Of a DNA stretch of 64,000 nucleotides, positions 28,001-36,017 are shown piece by piece (the stretch's first letter is position 1; the number at the start of each line of letters is the position of its first letter). Source of the DNA: a bacterium. GTDB lineage: Bacteria; Pseudomonadota; Alphaproteobacteria; Rickettsiales; RI-342. Where the stretch lies: the NCBI GenBank assembly GCA_016124905.1, contig WGMV01000026.1, positions 5,681 to 69,680 on the forward strand. Reading direction: 5' to 3'. Both the position numbers and the translations under genes were made by a program. Under the pieces are notes generated by a model. That model was given only the letters and a program-made list of their open reading frames with translations, was not told the origin of the DNA and did no database searches.

Positions 28001-28067
28001 AATGTTTCCTGCTTGGCTTCGCCCGCGCAATGAAACAGCGGCGTAAGCGCCGCGCTCACGGCTGTTT

Positions 28068-28736
28068 TCATGGCAGGTTCAGCAGTTTGTGGGTTTGCAA
28101 AGACAGGCGGTAGCCTTTTTTTATGGCCAGATTCACTGTGTGGGCCAGATTTTCGGCATTTTTCACCTCATCATGCTCATCCATGGGCTGCACATAGACA
28201 GGGGCATTCACCTGAAGGCCGACATCGTGATATTCCGGCATATGGGCAGAGATGATGAATTTATAGGCATTCACGCGCTCAGCCAGATCGGGGCGGATGG
28301 GTGCATAACCCCCATTCTTTTTATTGGGGCCGGATTCGTTTTTGGGCGAGCAGATGATGTCTACAGCGGGCGGTATGGGGCGGTAGAGCGTGCCGTTGGT
28401 TTCGATCTGCACCTTGTAGCCTTTTTTGAGCAGTTCGGTGCAAAGCGGCTCGATGGGCTGGCGGAAGGGCTCGCCGCCGGTGATGACCACCAGGTTGCGG
28501 ATACCCCCGGCCAGCTGGTCAACCTGCGCAAGCAAATCAGGCAGGGTCATGGGGTTGAAATTCTCGAATTCCGTATCGCAAAAACGGCAGGCAAGGTTGC
28601 AGCCGCCCAGCCGCACGAAGACGGAAGGCCAGCCTGTGTAAGGGCCTTCACCCTGAAGGGTCGGGAATATCTCGACTACCTGGAGGGTTTGGCCATCGCC
28701 TTTTTCAATCGGGCGTTTGGGATTTTGACCGAACAT
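28068..28736 (-). CDS. queE: 7-carboxy-7-deazaguanine synthase (radical SAM)
   Basis: [36 protein letters not shown] (CxxxCxxC-type cluster motif typical of QueE). Confidence 0.9.
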   Translation of the reverse strand: MFGQNPKRPIEKGDGQTLQVVEIFPTLQGEGPYTGWPSVFVRLGGCNLACRFCDTEFENFNPMTLPDLLAQVDQLAGGIRNLVVITGGEPFRQPIEPLCTELLKKGYKVQIETNGTLYRPIPPAVDIICSPKNESGPNKKNGGYAPIRPDLAERVNAYKFIISAHMPEYHDVGLQVNAPVYVQPMDEHDEVKNAENLAHTVNLAIKKGYRLSLQTHKLLNLP

Positions 28737-28810
28737 GGCAGAAGCTCTAAAAACGCGTGCAATACTGCAAATAGCTTGAATTTCTGCCCTCCTATAGACA
28801 TGTTAAGGCC

Positions 28811-29287
28811 ATGAACGCCAGCAAAAAACCCGATATCTGGTTCTACCACCTAACCCGCAACCGGCTGGAGGATGTGCTGCCGCGCCTGCTTTCCAAGGCG
28901 CTGGACGGGGAGAAAAGCTCGGTCATCCTGTGCGCCAACGAGAACACCATGGATACGCTGAACGAGTATCTCTGGACCTTCAACGAGCATGAATTTTTGC
29001 CGCACGGATCGGCCAAGGAGCCGCATGCGGAGGAGCAGCTGATCTACCTCACCACGGCGGAAGAACGGCCGAACGAGGCGCAATTGCTCTTCATCGTGGA
29101 AGGGAGCGAGCCTGCGCATATGGAGCAGTTCGAGCGGGTGATCTACCTGTTCGACCAGCGCGACACACCCGCGCTGGAACGCGCGCGAGCCTATTGGAAA
29201 AGCCTGAAGGAAGCGGGCTTTCCCCTGTCCTACTGGCAGCAGAAGGAAGGCGGCGGCTGGGACAAGACGGCCAGCGCCAATAACTAA
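28811..29287 (+). CDS. holC: DNA polymerase III subunit chi
   Basis: About 150 aa, WFYHLTRNRLEDVLPRLLSKAL...CANENTMDTLNEYLWTF, typical chi-subunit N-terminus. Confidence 0.8.
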   Translation: MNASKKPDIWFYHLTRNRLEDVLPRLLSKALDGEKSSVILCANENTMDTLNEYLWTFNEHEFLPHGSAKEPHAEEQLIYLTTAEERPNEAQLLFIVEGSEPAHMEQFERVIYLFDQRDTPALERARAYWKSLKEAGFPLSYWQQKEGGGWDKTASANN

Positions 29288-29347
29288 TAGTTGTAACAAT
29301 CCCATGCTATAAGCCGATGGTTCATTGAAACGTCAGGCATTTGCATG

Positions 29348-29364
29348 GCGCGGCTTTGCCGCGC
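29348..29364 (+). terminator. GC hairpin terminator after holC
   Basis: GCGCGGC-TTT-GCCGCGC followed by the T-rich AGGTTTGTCTTATT. Confidence 0.5.
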
Positions 29365-29368
29365 AGGT

Positions 29369-29396
29369 TTGTCTTATTGCACCATTTTCATATTAT
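29369..29396 (+). promoter_or_regulatory. candidate sigma-70 promoter (TTGTCT-16 nt-TATTAT) for the 92-aa ORF
   Basis: Hexamers at 29369-29374 and 29391-29396 in an AT-rich stretch about 80 nt upstream of the ATG at 29476. Confidence 0.35.
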
Positions 29397-29475
29397 GCGT
29401 GCAGCTCAAGATGTTCCCGTCAATTCCGATGGGTAACTCTATTGTATTTTACGGCCATGTTCGGCCAGAGGTAAG

Positions 29476-29754
29476 ATGTATAAGTTATATTTGCTTCCCT
29501 ATTTGTTCCGTCTAATTCTGAGGATTATCGCTGGCTCATTGTTACCGGCAATCACGTTATACCTACTGTCGTTACCCGGCAGCACGGTTGGAGCAACAGT
29601 ACACGATGTTACACTCGCGTATATTGTTGTCGGCCCTGTTTCCGGGATTATTGTTGTTGTAGCAGGGTCTTATTGGCTGGTTCCAGCCAATTTGACTGAA
29701 GAAAAGGCTAAATTTAAGTGGCCTCGGACGTTCTCTGAATTGTTGTTCGAGTAG
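29476..29754 (+). CDS. 92-aa hydrophobic protein (2 TM), low-GC gene
   Basis: GAGG SD, own promoter-like hexamers and own terminator. Visibly AT-richer codon usage than its neighbours. TM helices LILRIIAGSLLPAITLYLL and LAYIVVGPVSGIIVVVAGSYWLV. Confidence 0.55.
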   Translation: MYKLYLLPYLFRLILRIIAGSLLPAITLYLLSLPGSTVGATVHDVTLAYIVVGPVSGIIVVVAGSYWLVPANLTEEKAKFKWPRTFSELLFE

Positions 29755-29757
29755 GGA

Positions 29758-29785
29758 GAGGGGTACAGCCGTACCCCTCTTTTTT
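29758..29785. terminator. bidirectional Rho-independent terminator
   Basis: GAGGGGTAC-AGCC-GTACCCCTC followed by TTTTTT. Lies between the convergent 92-aa ORF and dapE. Confidence 0.75.
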
Positions 29786-29797
29786 CTCATGCAAATG

Positions 29798-30949
29798 CTA
29801 GCTGTTGAAAAACAGCTCCAGCGCGCGCTCATAGGTGCGCGATAATGTTATCAGATCATCCACGCGCACATTCTCATCCACCATATGCGAGGTGCGGCCG
29901 GTGCTGCCATATTCCACCACGGGGCAATAGGCCTGGATGAAGCGTGCGTCCGACGTACCGCCGGTGGTGGAGAGTTCCGGCGCGCGGCCGGAAATTTCCT
30001 GCACTGCTTTTTTCATTACCTCCGCCAGCTGGCCGAGCGGACAGACAAAGGCCTGCGCGCTGGCTCGGCCGTGGAGCTCATAATTCGGGGCGTGTTTTTT
30101 GCAGACACTGTGCAGCCAGCTTTCCAGCTTCTCGCCGGACTGGTGGGTGTTGAAGCGCACGTTCAGCCTCGCCACCGCATGCGCGGGGATGACGTTGCCC
30201 ACCTTGTTACCCACATCGATGCTGGTGACTTCCAGGTTGGAGGCCTGAAAGTAGCTATCGCCCTCATCCAGCACGTGGGTGCTGATTTCGTTGACGATGG
30301 CGGCTAGTTTCGGCACGGGGTTGTCCGCCAGTTGCGGGTAGGCCACATGGCCCTGCTTGCCGTGCACGGTGATGGTGGCGCCGTAGCTGCCGCGGCGGCC
30401 GATCTTGGCCATCTGGCCTATTTCGGTGGGGTTGGTGGGTTCGCCGACGATGCAACAATCGGGGATGTTTCCTTGTTGTTTCAGCGCCTTCAGCACGGGC
30501 TCGGTGCCGTGGATGGCATCGGCCTCCTCATCGCAGGTGAGGATGAGGGAGATGCGGCCTGCCGGTTTATTTTTTTCCAGAAAGCGTTTGCAGGCAGTGG
30601 CGAAGGCGGCGACCGCTCCTTTCATATCCTCCGCACCACGGCCTATGAGATGGCCATCGCGAATGGTGGCGGAGAAGGGCGGCACGCTCCATGCGGCTTC
30701 ATCGCCAACAGGCACCACGTCCACATGCCCGGCGAAACCGATATGCGGGCCAGATGCGCCATAACGCGCCACCAGATTATCCACCCTCGCCTCGCCCTCG
30801 CCGAAGGGAAGGCGCTGACAGGTGAAGCCGATGGCCTCAAGGTAGGATTGCATCAGATCGAGGCTACCTGCCTCGCGCGGGGTGACGCTGTCGCAGCGGA
30901 TGAGCCGTTGCGTCAGGGCGGTGGTTTCGTCCGGATGGAGGTCGTTCAT
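29798..30949 (-). CDS. dapE: succinyl-diaminopimelate desuccinylase
   Basis: M20 peptidase pattern: GHVDVVP, GRGAEDMKG, ILTCDEE, GGTSDARF. The ATG at 30949 has GGGGGAGA upstream. The 20-codon extension to 31009 is a translation of a repeat element. Confidence 0.9.
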   Translation of the reverse strand: MNDLHPDETTALTQRLIRCDSVTPREAGSLDLMQSYLEAIGFTCQRLPFGEGEARVDNLVARYGASGPHIGFAGHVDVVPVGDEAAWSVPPFSATIRDGHLIGRGAEDMKGAVAAFATACKRFLEKNKPAGRISLILTCDEEADAIHGTEPVLKALKQQGNIPDCCIVGEPTNPTEIGQMAKIGRRGSYGATITVHGKQGHVAYPQLADNPVPKLAAIVNEISTHVLDEGDSYFQASNLEVTSIDVGNKVGNVIPAHAVARLNVRFNTHQSGEKLESWLHSVCKKHAPNYELHGRASAQAFVCPLGQLAEVMKKAVQEISGRAPELSTTGGTSDARFIQAYCPVVEYGSTGRTSHMVDENVRVDDLITLSRTYERALELFFNS

Positions 30950-30981
30950 GCATCTCCCCCTTGCATCCTCGTCTGCATCCT

Positions 30982-31068
30982 CGTCATTCCCGCGAAGGCG
31001 GTAATCCATTTTTTCTCCCTCGCGTCCTTGCGGATGCGCGGTGGATTCCCGTCTTCGCAGGAATGACG
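30982..31068. repeat. MITE/REP-like element: inverted pair of ~28-nt palindromic units with CGTCATTCC/GGAATGACG termini
   Basis: CGTCATTCCCGCGAAGGCGGTAATCCAT (30982-31009) and the reverse complement of CCGTCATTCCTGCGAAGACGGGAATCCAC (31041-31069), about 31 nt apart. Preceded by a TGCATCCTCGTC x2 direct repeat. Confidence 0.7.
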
Positions 31069-31084
31069 GAAATGGATGGGCGAG

Positions 31085-31954
31085 TTAGTCACGCAGCAAC
31101 TCATTGATGCCGGTTTTGGAGCGCGTTTTTTCATCCACGCGTTTGACGATGACAGCGCAATATAGTGACGGGCCGGGCGTGCCGTCCGGCAGGGGTCTGC
31201 CGGGCATGGCACCGGGTACCACCACGGAATAGGCAGGCACGCGGCCGTAGAAAATTTCACCCGTGGCACGGTCAATGATTTTGGTGGATGCGCCAAGATA
31301 GACGCCCATGGAAAGCACGGAGCCGGTTTCCACCACCACACCTTCGGCGACTTCAGCCCGCGCGCCGATGAAGCAATTATCCTCAATAATGACAGGGCCC
31401 GCCTGGAGCGGCTCCAGCACGCCGCCAATGCCCGCACCGCCGGAAATGTGGCAATGTTTGCCGATCTGGGCACAACTGCCGACCGTGGCCCAGGTGTCCA
31501 CCATCGTGCCCTCGCCCACATGGGCGCCAATATTGACGAAAGAGGGCATGAGCACCACGGATGGTGCGATATAGGCGGAATAACGTACGAAACTGCCCGG
31601 AACGGCACGAAAAGCCGCTTTTTTGAACTCGGCCTCCTTCCACCCGGTGAATTTGCTCGGAACCTTATCAAACCAGGGAGCATGCTGCCCCTGCCATAAA
31701 GGGCCGCCATCCATTAATTGCATGTCGTTGAGGCGGAAGAAAAGCAGCACCGCCTGCTTCACCCAAAGATTAACAATCCACTCATTATTAATTTTATTTG
31801 CGACCCTTAATTCGCCGGTATCCAGCAGAGCCATAACCTGCTCCACCGCTTCCCGGGCCTCGCCTTTTGTGGCGGAATTGATGGTTTCTTTCTGTTGCCA
31901 GGCGGCTTCTACCGCTGCTTGCAGATCGTAAGGCTTTTTAAGAGAGCTTTGCAC
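31085..31954 (-). CDS. dapD: 2,3,4,5-tetrahydropyridine-2,6-dicarboxylate N-succinyltransferase
   Basis: [14 protein letters not shown]-terminus and hexapeptide-repeat C-terminal half ([36 protein letters not shown]). Probable GTG start at 31954. The ORF-track ATG at 32047 lies in AT-rich promoter-like DNA. Confidence 0.88.
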   Translation of the reverse strand: MQSSLKKPYDLQAAVEAAWQQKETINSATKGEAREAVEQVMALLDTGELRVANKINNEWIVNLWVKQAVLLFFRLNDMQLMDGGPLWQGQHAPWFDKVPSKFTGWKEAEFKKAAFRAVPGSFVRYSAYIAPSVVLMPSFVNIGAHVGEGTMVDTWATVGSCAQIGKHCHISGGAGIGGVLEPLQAGPVIIEDNCFIGARAEVAEGVVVETGSVLSMGVYLGASTKIIDRATGEIFYGRVPAYSVVVPGAMPGRPLPDGTPGPSLYCAVIVKRVDEKTRSKTGINELLRD

Positions 31955-32114
31955 TTTTGTTACCCGCTGATGACGTTTTTGTCGCAAATAATTTAAAATT
32001 TTAACTAATTTACAAGTTTTCACCCGCAATATGTCCGGATAGTCCAACCAATAGGACGATGATACAACCTAAAGATTGGCTCCTGCCCGGGGCCAGCAAT
32101 AACAGGAGCTTCAC

Positions 32115-33917
32115 ATGGTGTCCTCATCACCGGTTTCCAGCGCACCCAGCCTGGCAATTCCCCCACAGACGGGTAACGGCCCGGCCAACATGCCCTGGCG
32201 CATGCGTGATGAAAGGGACCGCTTTGTCGCCTTTGCCTTTGCCAGCGCGGATATTCTTATCGAACTGAACCCGCAAGGCCAAGTGGTATTCGTCGACGGC
32301 GCCACCTTCAGCCTGCTCGGCATCAAGCAGGAGCAGATGACCGGGCGCTCCTTTCTCGAATTCATCACCCCCGATGACCGCCAGCATGTGATGGAACTGC
32401 TGGAAAAACCGCGCGCGCTCAAGCGGCTGGACCGCTTTAAGGTGCAACTTACCAACCAGAAAACCGGCAAATCCGCCGGGTTTGCGCTTTCGGGCTATCA
32501 GATTCCTTATTTAAACGGCCATATTTTCGTGACACTCGGCTTCATCCGCCGCGATATTGAAGCCACCGAAATCGGCATGCGCGACCTTTCCACCGGGCTT
32601 TACAAGCAGGAGGCCTTCGCCCAGAAGGCCGCCCACATGCTGAAAGAAGCCACCGACAAGGGCCATAAGCTGCATGTGACGCTGGTGGAACTGGACGACC
32701 TGCCGGAATTGCTGCTGAATAACGAGGCCAATGAGGCCGACATCCTGCTGGAAGAAATCTGCCAGTATCTTCAGGAACAATCCTATCACGGCGATGCCAC
32801 CGGCATGGCGGGCGATAACAGCTTCGTCATCCTGCATGACGACAGCACGACGGAAGATGGCATCGTGGATGGCATCAAATCCATCTATCAGCAGCACCAG
32901 GACAAGAAGGCCGAGCTTCGCAGCGGCCATATCCGCCTGGATGCCGCGCACCTCAATGAGCGCGACTGCGCGCGAGCACTGCAATACACCATCAATAAAT
33001 TCGCCGACAGCCATGTGGATGATTTCTCCATCACCAGCCTCAGCGAAAGCTACCAGGAGATGCTGGCGGAGACGGTGCACCGCATCACCGATTTTCACAA
33101 AACGGTGGAGGATGGCAGCTTCAAGATCGCGCTTCAGCCGATCGTGGACATGCGCAACCGCCAGCCGCACCATTTCGAGGTGCTGGCGCGGCTGGAGGAA
33201 AACCAGACCTTCGCCAACCCGTTCGATTTCATCACCTTCGGCGAGGAAGCTGGCGTGATCGGCGATTTCGACCTCGCCATGTGCCAAAAGACGCTTGATT
33301 TGCTCAACGCTGCCGCACGCCAAGGCAAGCGACCGATGGTATCCATCAATCTTTCGGGGCACTCGATCGGCAGTAATTTATTCTGTGACACGCTTTCGCA
33401 GATACTTCGCATCAACAACGATGTGCGCCATCAGGTGATGTTTGAGATCACCGAATCATCCAAGATCCATGACCTGAGCAGCGCCAACAACTTTGTGCAG
33501 ACGCTCCGTAAAGAAGGTAACCTGTTTTGCCTTGATGATTTCGGCGTGGGGGAATCCTCCTTCGAATATATCCGCCATCTGGAGGTGGATTACATCAAGA
33601 TCGACGGCAGCTATGTGAAAGATTCCCTCGTGACGCCACGCGGCAAACACCTGCTGCGCGCCATGATTGGCATGTGCCACGACCTACAGATCGCTACCAT
33701 CGCCGAGATGGTAGAGGATGAGAATGTGGCGCAGTTTCTCTCAAGCTGCGGGGTGGGCTTCGGCCAGGGTTACCATTTCGGCAAACCCACCACGGATGTG
33801 ACGGGGGTACTGAGTTCCATCAAGAACGTGCCCCTGCCCCAGCCCGGCAAGCAGACGCTTGGGAAAGCCTCCAACCCGCAACGGGCCTGGACGGATAATC
33901 TTTATAGCAAGAACTAG
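32115..33917 (+). CDS. PAS - degenerate GGDEF - EAL domain protein (likely c-di-GMP phosphodiesterase)
   Basis: The GGDEF position reads AGDNSF. The EAL domain has EVLAR, SINLS, FEITE, DDFGVGESSF, KIDGSYV, EMVE and QGYHFGKP. AGGAG SD. Confidence 0.85.
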   Translation: MVSSSPVSSAPSLAIPPQTGNGPANMPWRMRDERDRFVAFAFASADILIELNPQGQVVFVDGATFSLLGIKQEQMTGRSFLEFITPDDRQHVMELLEKPRALKRLDRFKVQLTNQKTGKSAGFALSGYQIPYLNGHIFVTLGFIRRDIEATEIGMRDLSTGLYKQEAFAQKAAHMLKEATDKGHKLHVTLVELDDLPELLLNNEANEADILLEEICQYLQEQSYHGDATGMAGDNSFVILHDDSTTEDGIVDGIKSIYQQHQDKKAELRSGHIRLDAAHLNERDCARALQYTINKFADSHVDDFSITSLSESYQEMLAETVHRITDFHKTVEDGSFKIALQPIVDMRNRQPHHFEVLARLEENQTFANPFDFITFGEEAGVIGDFDLAMCQKTLDLLNAAARQGKRPMVSINLSGHSIGSNLFCDTLSQILRINNDVRHQVMFEITESSKIHDLSSANNFVQTLRKEGNLFCLDDFGVGESSFEYIRHLEVDYIKIDGSYVKDSLVTPRGKHLLRAMIGMCHDLQIATIAEMVEDENVAQFLSSCGVGFGQGYHFGKPTTDVTGVLSSIKNVPLPQPGKQTLGKASNPQRAWTDNLYSKN

Positions 33918-34041
33918 CAACGCTAGTTCTTGCTATAACTATGCCTTACCTTCGCTCCGCGAAGGACTACGCGCCAATTATGGCGCGGGGCTTTATATTG
34001 ATTTGCCATGCTTCGCATGGACGGCTCAGTCGCTGCGCTCC
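33903..34041 (+). repeat. multi-hairpin intergenic mosaic, copy A (perfect 16-bp-stem hairpin over the stop codon + conserved TGCCTTACC...CAGTCGCTGCGCTCC module)
   Basis: TATAGCAAGAACTAGC-AAC-GCTAGTTCTTGCTATA (33903-33937). Then TGCCTTACC, hairpin CTTCGC-TCC-GCGAAG, GACTACG, hairpin CGCGCC-AATTAT-GGCGCG, and CAGTCGCTGCGCTCC (to 34041). Confidence 0.75.
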
Positions 34042-34137
34042 AGTTTTGATATTTTTGCGCCTGTAGTGGTTTGAATCGATATAGAGTTTTTTCACTAACT
34101 TGCTCTATCGTGAAACAGATACCGTTTTCATGAAGCC

Positions 34138-35286
34138 ATGTTGCCAAGCAAACCGCCCAAACAACAGGAAGTTCTTCCACCGCGCACGGTGATTGCCCTC
34201 AAGGGGCAGGAAATCTACGTGCAGCGGGGGGAAACCGCGCCCGTGCCCTTGCTGGAAGGCGCGCGATTTTCGGTTGAAATCAGCGACGAGGCGCGGTGCC
34301 ATATCGCCTTTAAAATCGCCCGCCTGCTGCCTGATCTGCAGGATCATCAGAAAGCCGACCTGCTTGCCTACACGGTGCGGGTGCTGACGTTGCTTTGCCG
34401 CGACCAGTTGCTGCGCGTGCGCGAGATATTATCCGAAGAACTGAAAGAGATGCCTTTCGCCCCGCGCGATGTGGTGATGTCGCTGGCAAAAGACGAAGCG
34501 GACAGCGTGGCGGTGCCTATTCTGGAATGTTCGCCGGTTTTGACGGATCAGGATCTGGTGGAAATCATCAAAAGCACCGGGCGGCTGGAAGTGCTGACGG
34601 CGGTGGCCGCGCGCAAGCGGCTTTCCTCATTGGTGACCGATGCGCTGATCGCCTGCCGCAACGTGCCCGTGATGCAGCGGCTGCTGGGCAATAAAGGCGC
34701 GAGCTATTCCGAACCCGGCATGGAGTTAATGGCCGTTGAGGCGGAAAAAGTGGAGCCGATGCATGAGCCGCTGCTTCGCCTGCCGGACCTGCCGCAGCGC
34801 ATCCTCAACCGCATGGCGACGTTTGTTTCCAAAAGCCTGATCGAACGCATGACGCGGGAGGGAGCCCTGCCCGCCAGCGTCAGCAGCAGCCTGCTGGAGC
34901 AGATCAGCAAGCGCCTGCAAACGCCAAGCCTTGATAAGAAGCGGAAAGAAAGCAGCAAGGCACGTGAGCTTTCCAGCAGCGGCGAATTGACGCCCGAAGG
35001 GGTGGAGGACGCGCTGGAACGTGGCGAACTGGCCTTTGTCAAAACCGCCCTTACCCACCTCAGCGGCTTGCCCGAGGGCATGGTGGACCGCATCATCAAA
35101 TCCGAAAACGGAAAAGCCATCACTGCGCTGTGCTGGAAGGCGGGCGTATCGATGCGCGTGGCACTTCAGGTGCAGATGCGCATGGGGCGGCTGCATCATA
35201 CGAAAGTGGTGCATGCAAAAAACGGGCGGGAATATCCGCTGACGCCGGAAGAAATGCAAAGCTACCTGGATTTCTTTGTGAAGTAG
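34138..35286 (+). CDS. DUF2336-like helical-repeat protein
   Basis: MPFAPRDVVMSLAKDEADSVAVPILECSPVLTDQDLVEIIKS...RKRLSSLVTDALI...VMQRLLGNKGA, a pattern I associate with DUF2336. Paralogue of 15416-16582. Confidence 0.75.
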   Translation: MLPSKPPKQQEVLPPRTVIALKGQEIYVQRGETAPVPLLEGARFSVEISDEARCHIAFKIARLLPDLQDHQKADLLAYTVRVLTLLCRDQLLRVREILSEELKEMPFAPRDVVMSLAKDEADSVAVPILECSPVLTDQDLVEIIKSTGRLEVLTAVAARKRLSSLVTDALIACRNVPVMQRLLGNKGASYSEPGMELMAVEAEKVEPMHEPLLRLPDLPQRILNRMATFVSKSLIERMTREGALPASVSSSLLEQISKRLQTPSLDKKRKESSKARELSSSGELTPEGVEDALERGELAFVKTALTHLSGLPEGMVDRIIKSENGKAITALCWKAGVSMRVALQVQMRMGRLHHTKVVHAKNGREYPLTPEEMQSYLDFFVK

Positions 35287-35294
35287 TTTTACTG

Positions 35295-35360
35295 GCTCGC
35301 GCTGCTCGCTTCTCGCGCCAATAAGGCGCGGGGCACGGTCGCGCCCAGTCGCTGCGCTCC
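35295..35360 (+). repeat. multi-hairpin intergenic mosaic, copy B (partial)
   Basis: CGCGCC-AATAAG-GCGCGGGG and CAGTCGCTGCGCTCC, the latter identical to copy A. Directly downstream of the DUF2336 gene stop. Confidence 0.6.
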
Positions 35361-35473
35361 GTTGAAAATGATTATCAACAACAACCTGTTTTTTCTGGTT
35401 TTTTGCGAGTCATTCTCCCTTGCCTCCCATCCGCATGCATGCTAGGAAATGCCTCTGTTTTTAGGAGAGCACC

Positions 35474-35941
35474 ATGGCCAACGCACGCGGCACCATCATC
35501 AAGCAGCTGAACGGCATTTTGAAAAACGAGCTGACGGCCATCAATCAATATTTCCTGCATTCCAAAATCCTGTCGCATCAGGGCTACGGCAAGCTGGCGA
35601 CCAAGGAATATGAAGAATCCATCGACGAGATGAAACATGCGGACCGCATCATTGCGCGCATCCTCTATTTGGGTGGATTGCCAAACCTGCAGGACCTGGG
35701 CAAGCTGATGGTAGGCGAGCATGTGGAAGAGATGCTGAAAGCCGACCACGCGCTCGAGATCAAGGCCATTGCCGACCTGCGCGAGGCCATCGCGCTGGCA
35801 GAAGAAGACCGCGACTTCGTCACGGCCGACATGCTGCACGAGATCCTGGCATCCGAGGAAGGCCACCAGGACTGGCTGCGTCAGCAGCTGGACTTCATCG
35901 CCAACATGGGCATGGCCAATTACCTGCAATCCGCCGTTTAG
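35474..35941 (+). CDS. bfr: bacterioferritin
   Basis: IIKQLNGILKNELTAINQYFLHSKI...EESIDEMKHADRIIARILYLGG...EEGHQDWL (ferroxidase-centre E/H pattern and the heme Met context as I recall it). AGGAGAG SD. Confidence 0.92.
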   Translation: MANARGTIIKQLNGILKNELTAINQYFLHSKILSHQGYGKLATKEYEESIDEMKHADRIIARILYLGGLPNLQDLGKLMVGEHVEEMLKADHALEIKAIADLREAIALAEEDRDFVTADMLHEILASEEGHQDWLRQQLDFIANMGMANYLQSAV

Positions 35942-35971
35942 GCGTTCGATTGTTACAATGACATGACAGGG

Positions 35972-36000
35972 CTGACCCGCGGGCGGATCTGGCGTATAAT
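35972..36000 (+). promoter_or_regulatory. candidate sigma-70 promoter (CTGACC-17 nt-TATAAT)
   Basis: Perfect TATAAT at 35995-36000, 17 nt after CTGACC (35972-35977), 18 nt upstream of the ATG at 36018. Confidence 0.4.
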
Positions 36001-36017
36001 GGCGCGAATCCAGAAGC

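Noticed and set aside
28737-28810. preQ1 riboswitch upstream of queE (and 28001-28067 upstream of queC)
   Set aside because: I could not find the conserved preQ1-I/II core sequences or pseudoknot pairing in either leader by eye.
30950-31009. 20-codon N-terminal extension of dapE (MDYRLRGNDEDADEDARGRC)
   Set aside because: It is a translation of the CGTCATTCC repeat element and a TGCATCCTCGTC duplication. The ATG at 30949 has a strong SD and gives a normal DapE N-terminus.
35371-35473. Fur/Irr/RirA iron box upstream of bfr
   Set aside because: I found only weak partial resemblances (TGCGAGTCATTCTC) and no convincing dyad. Not reportable without a PWM scan.
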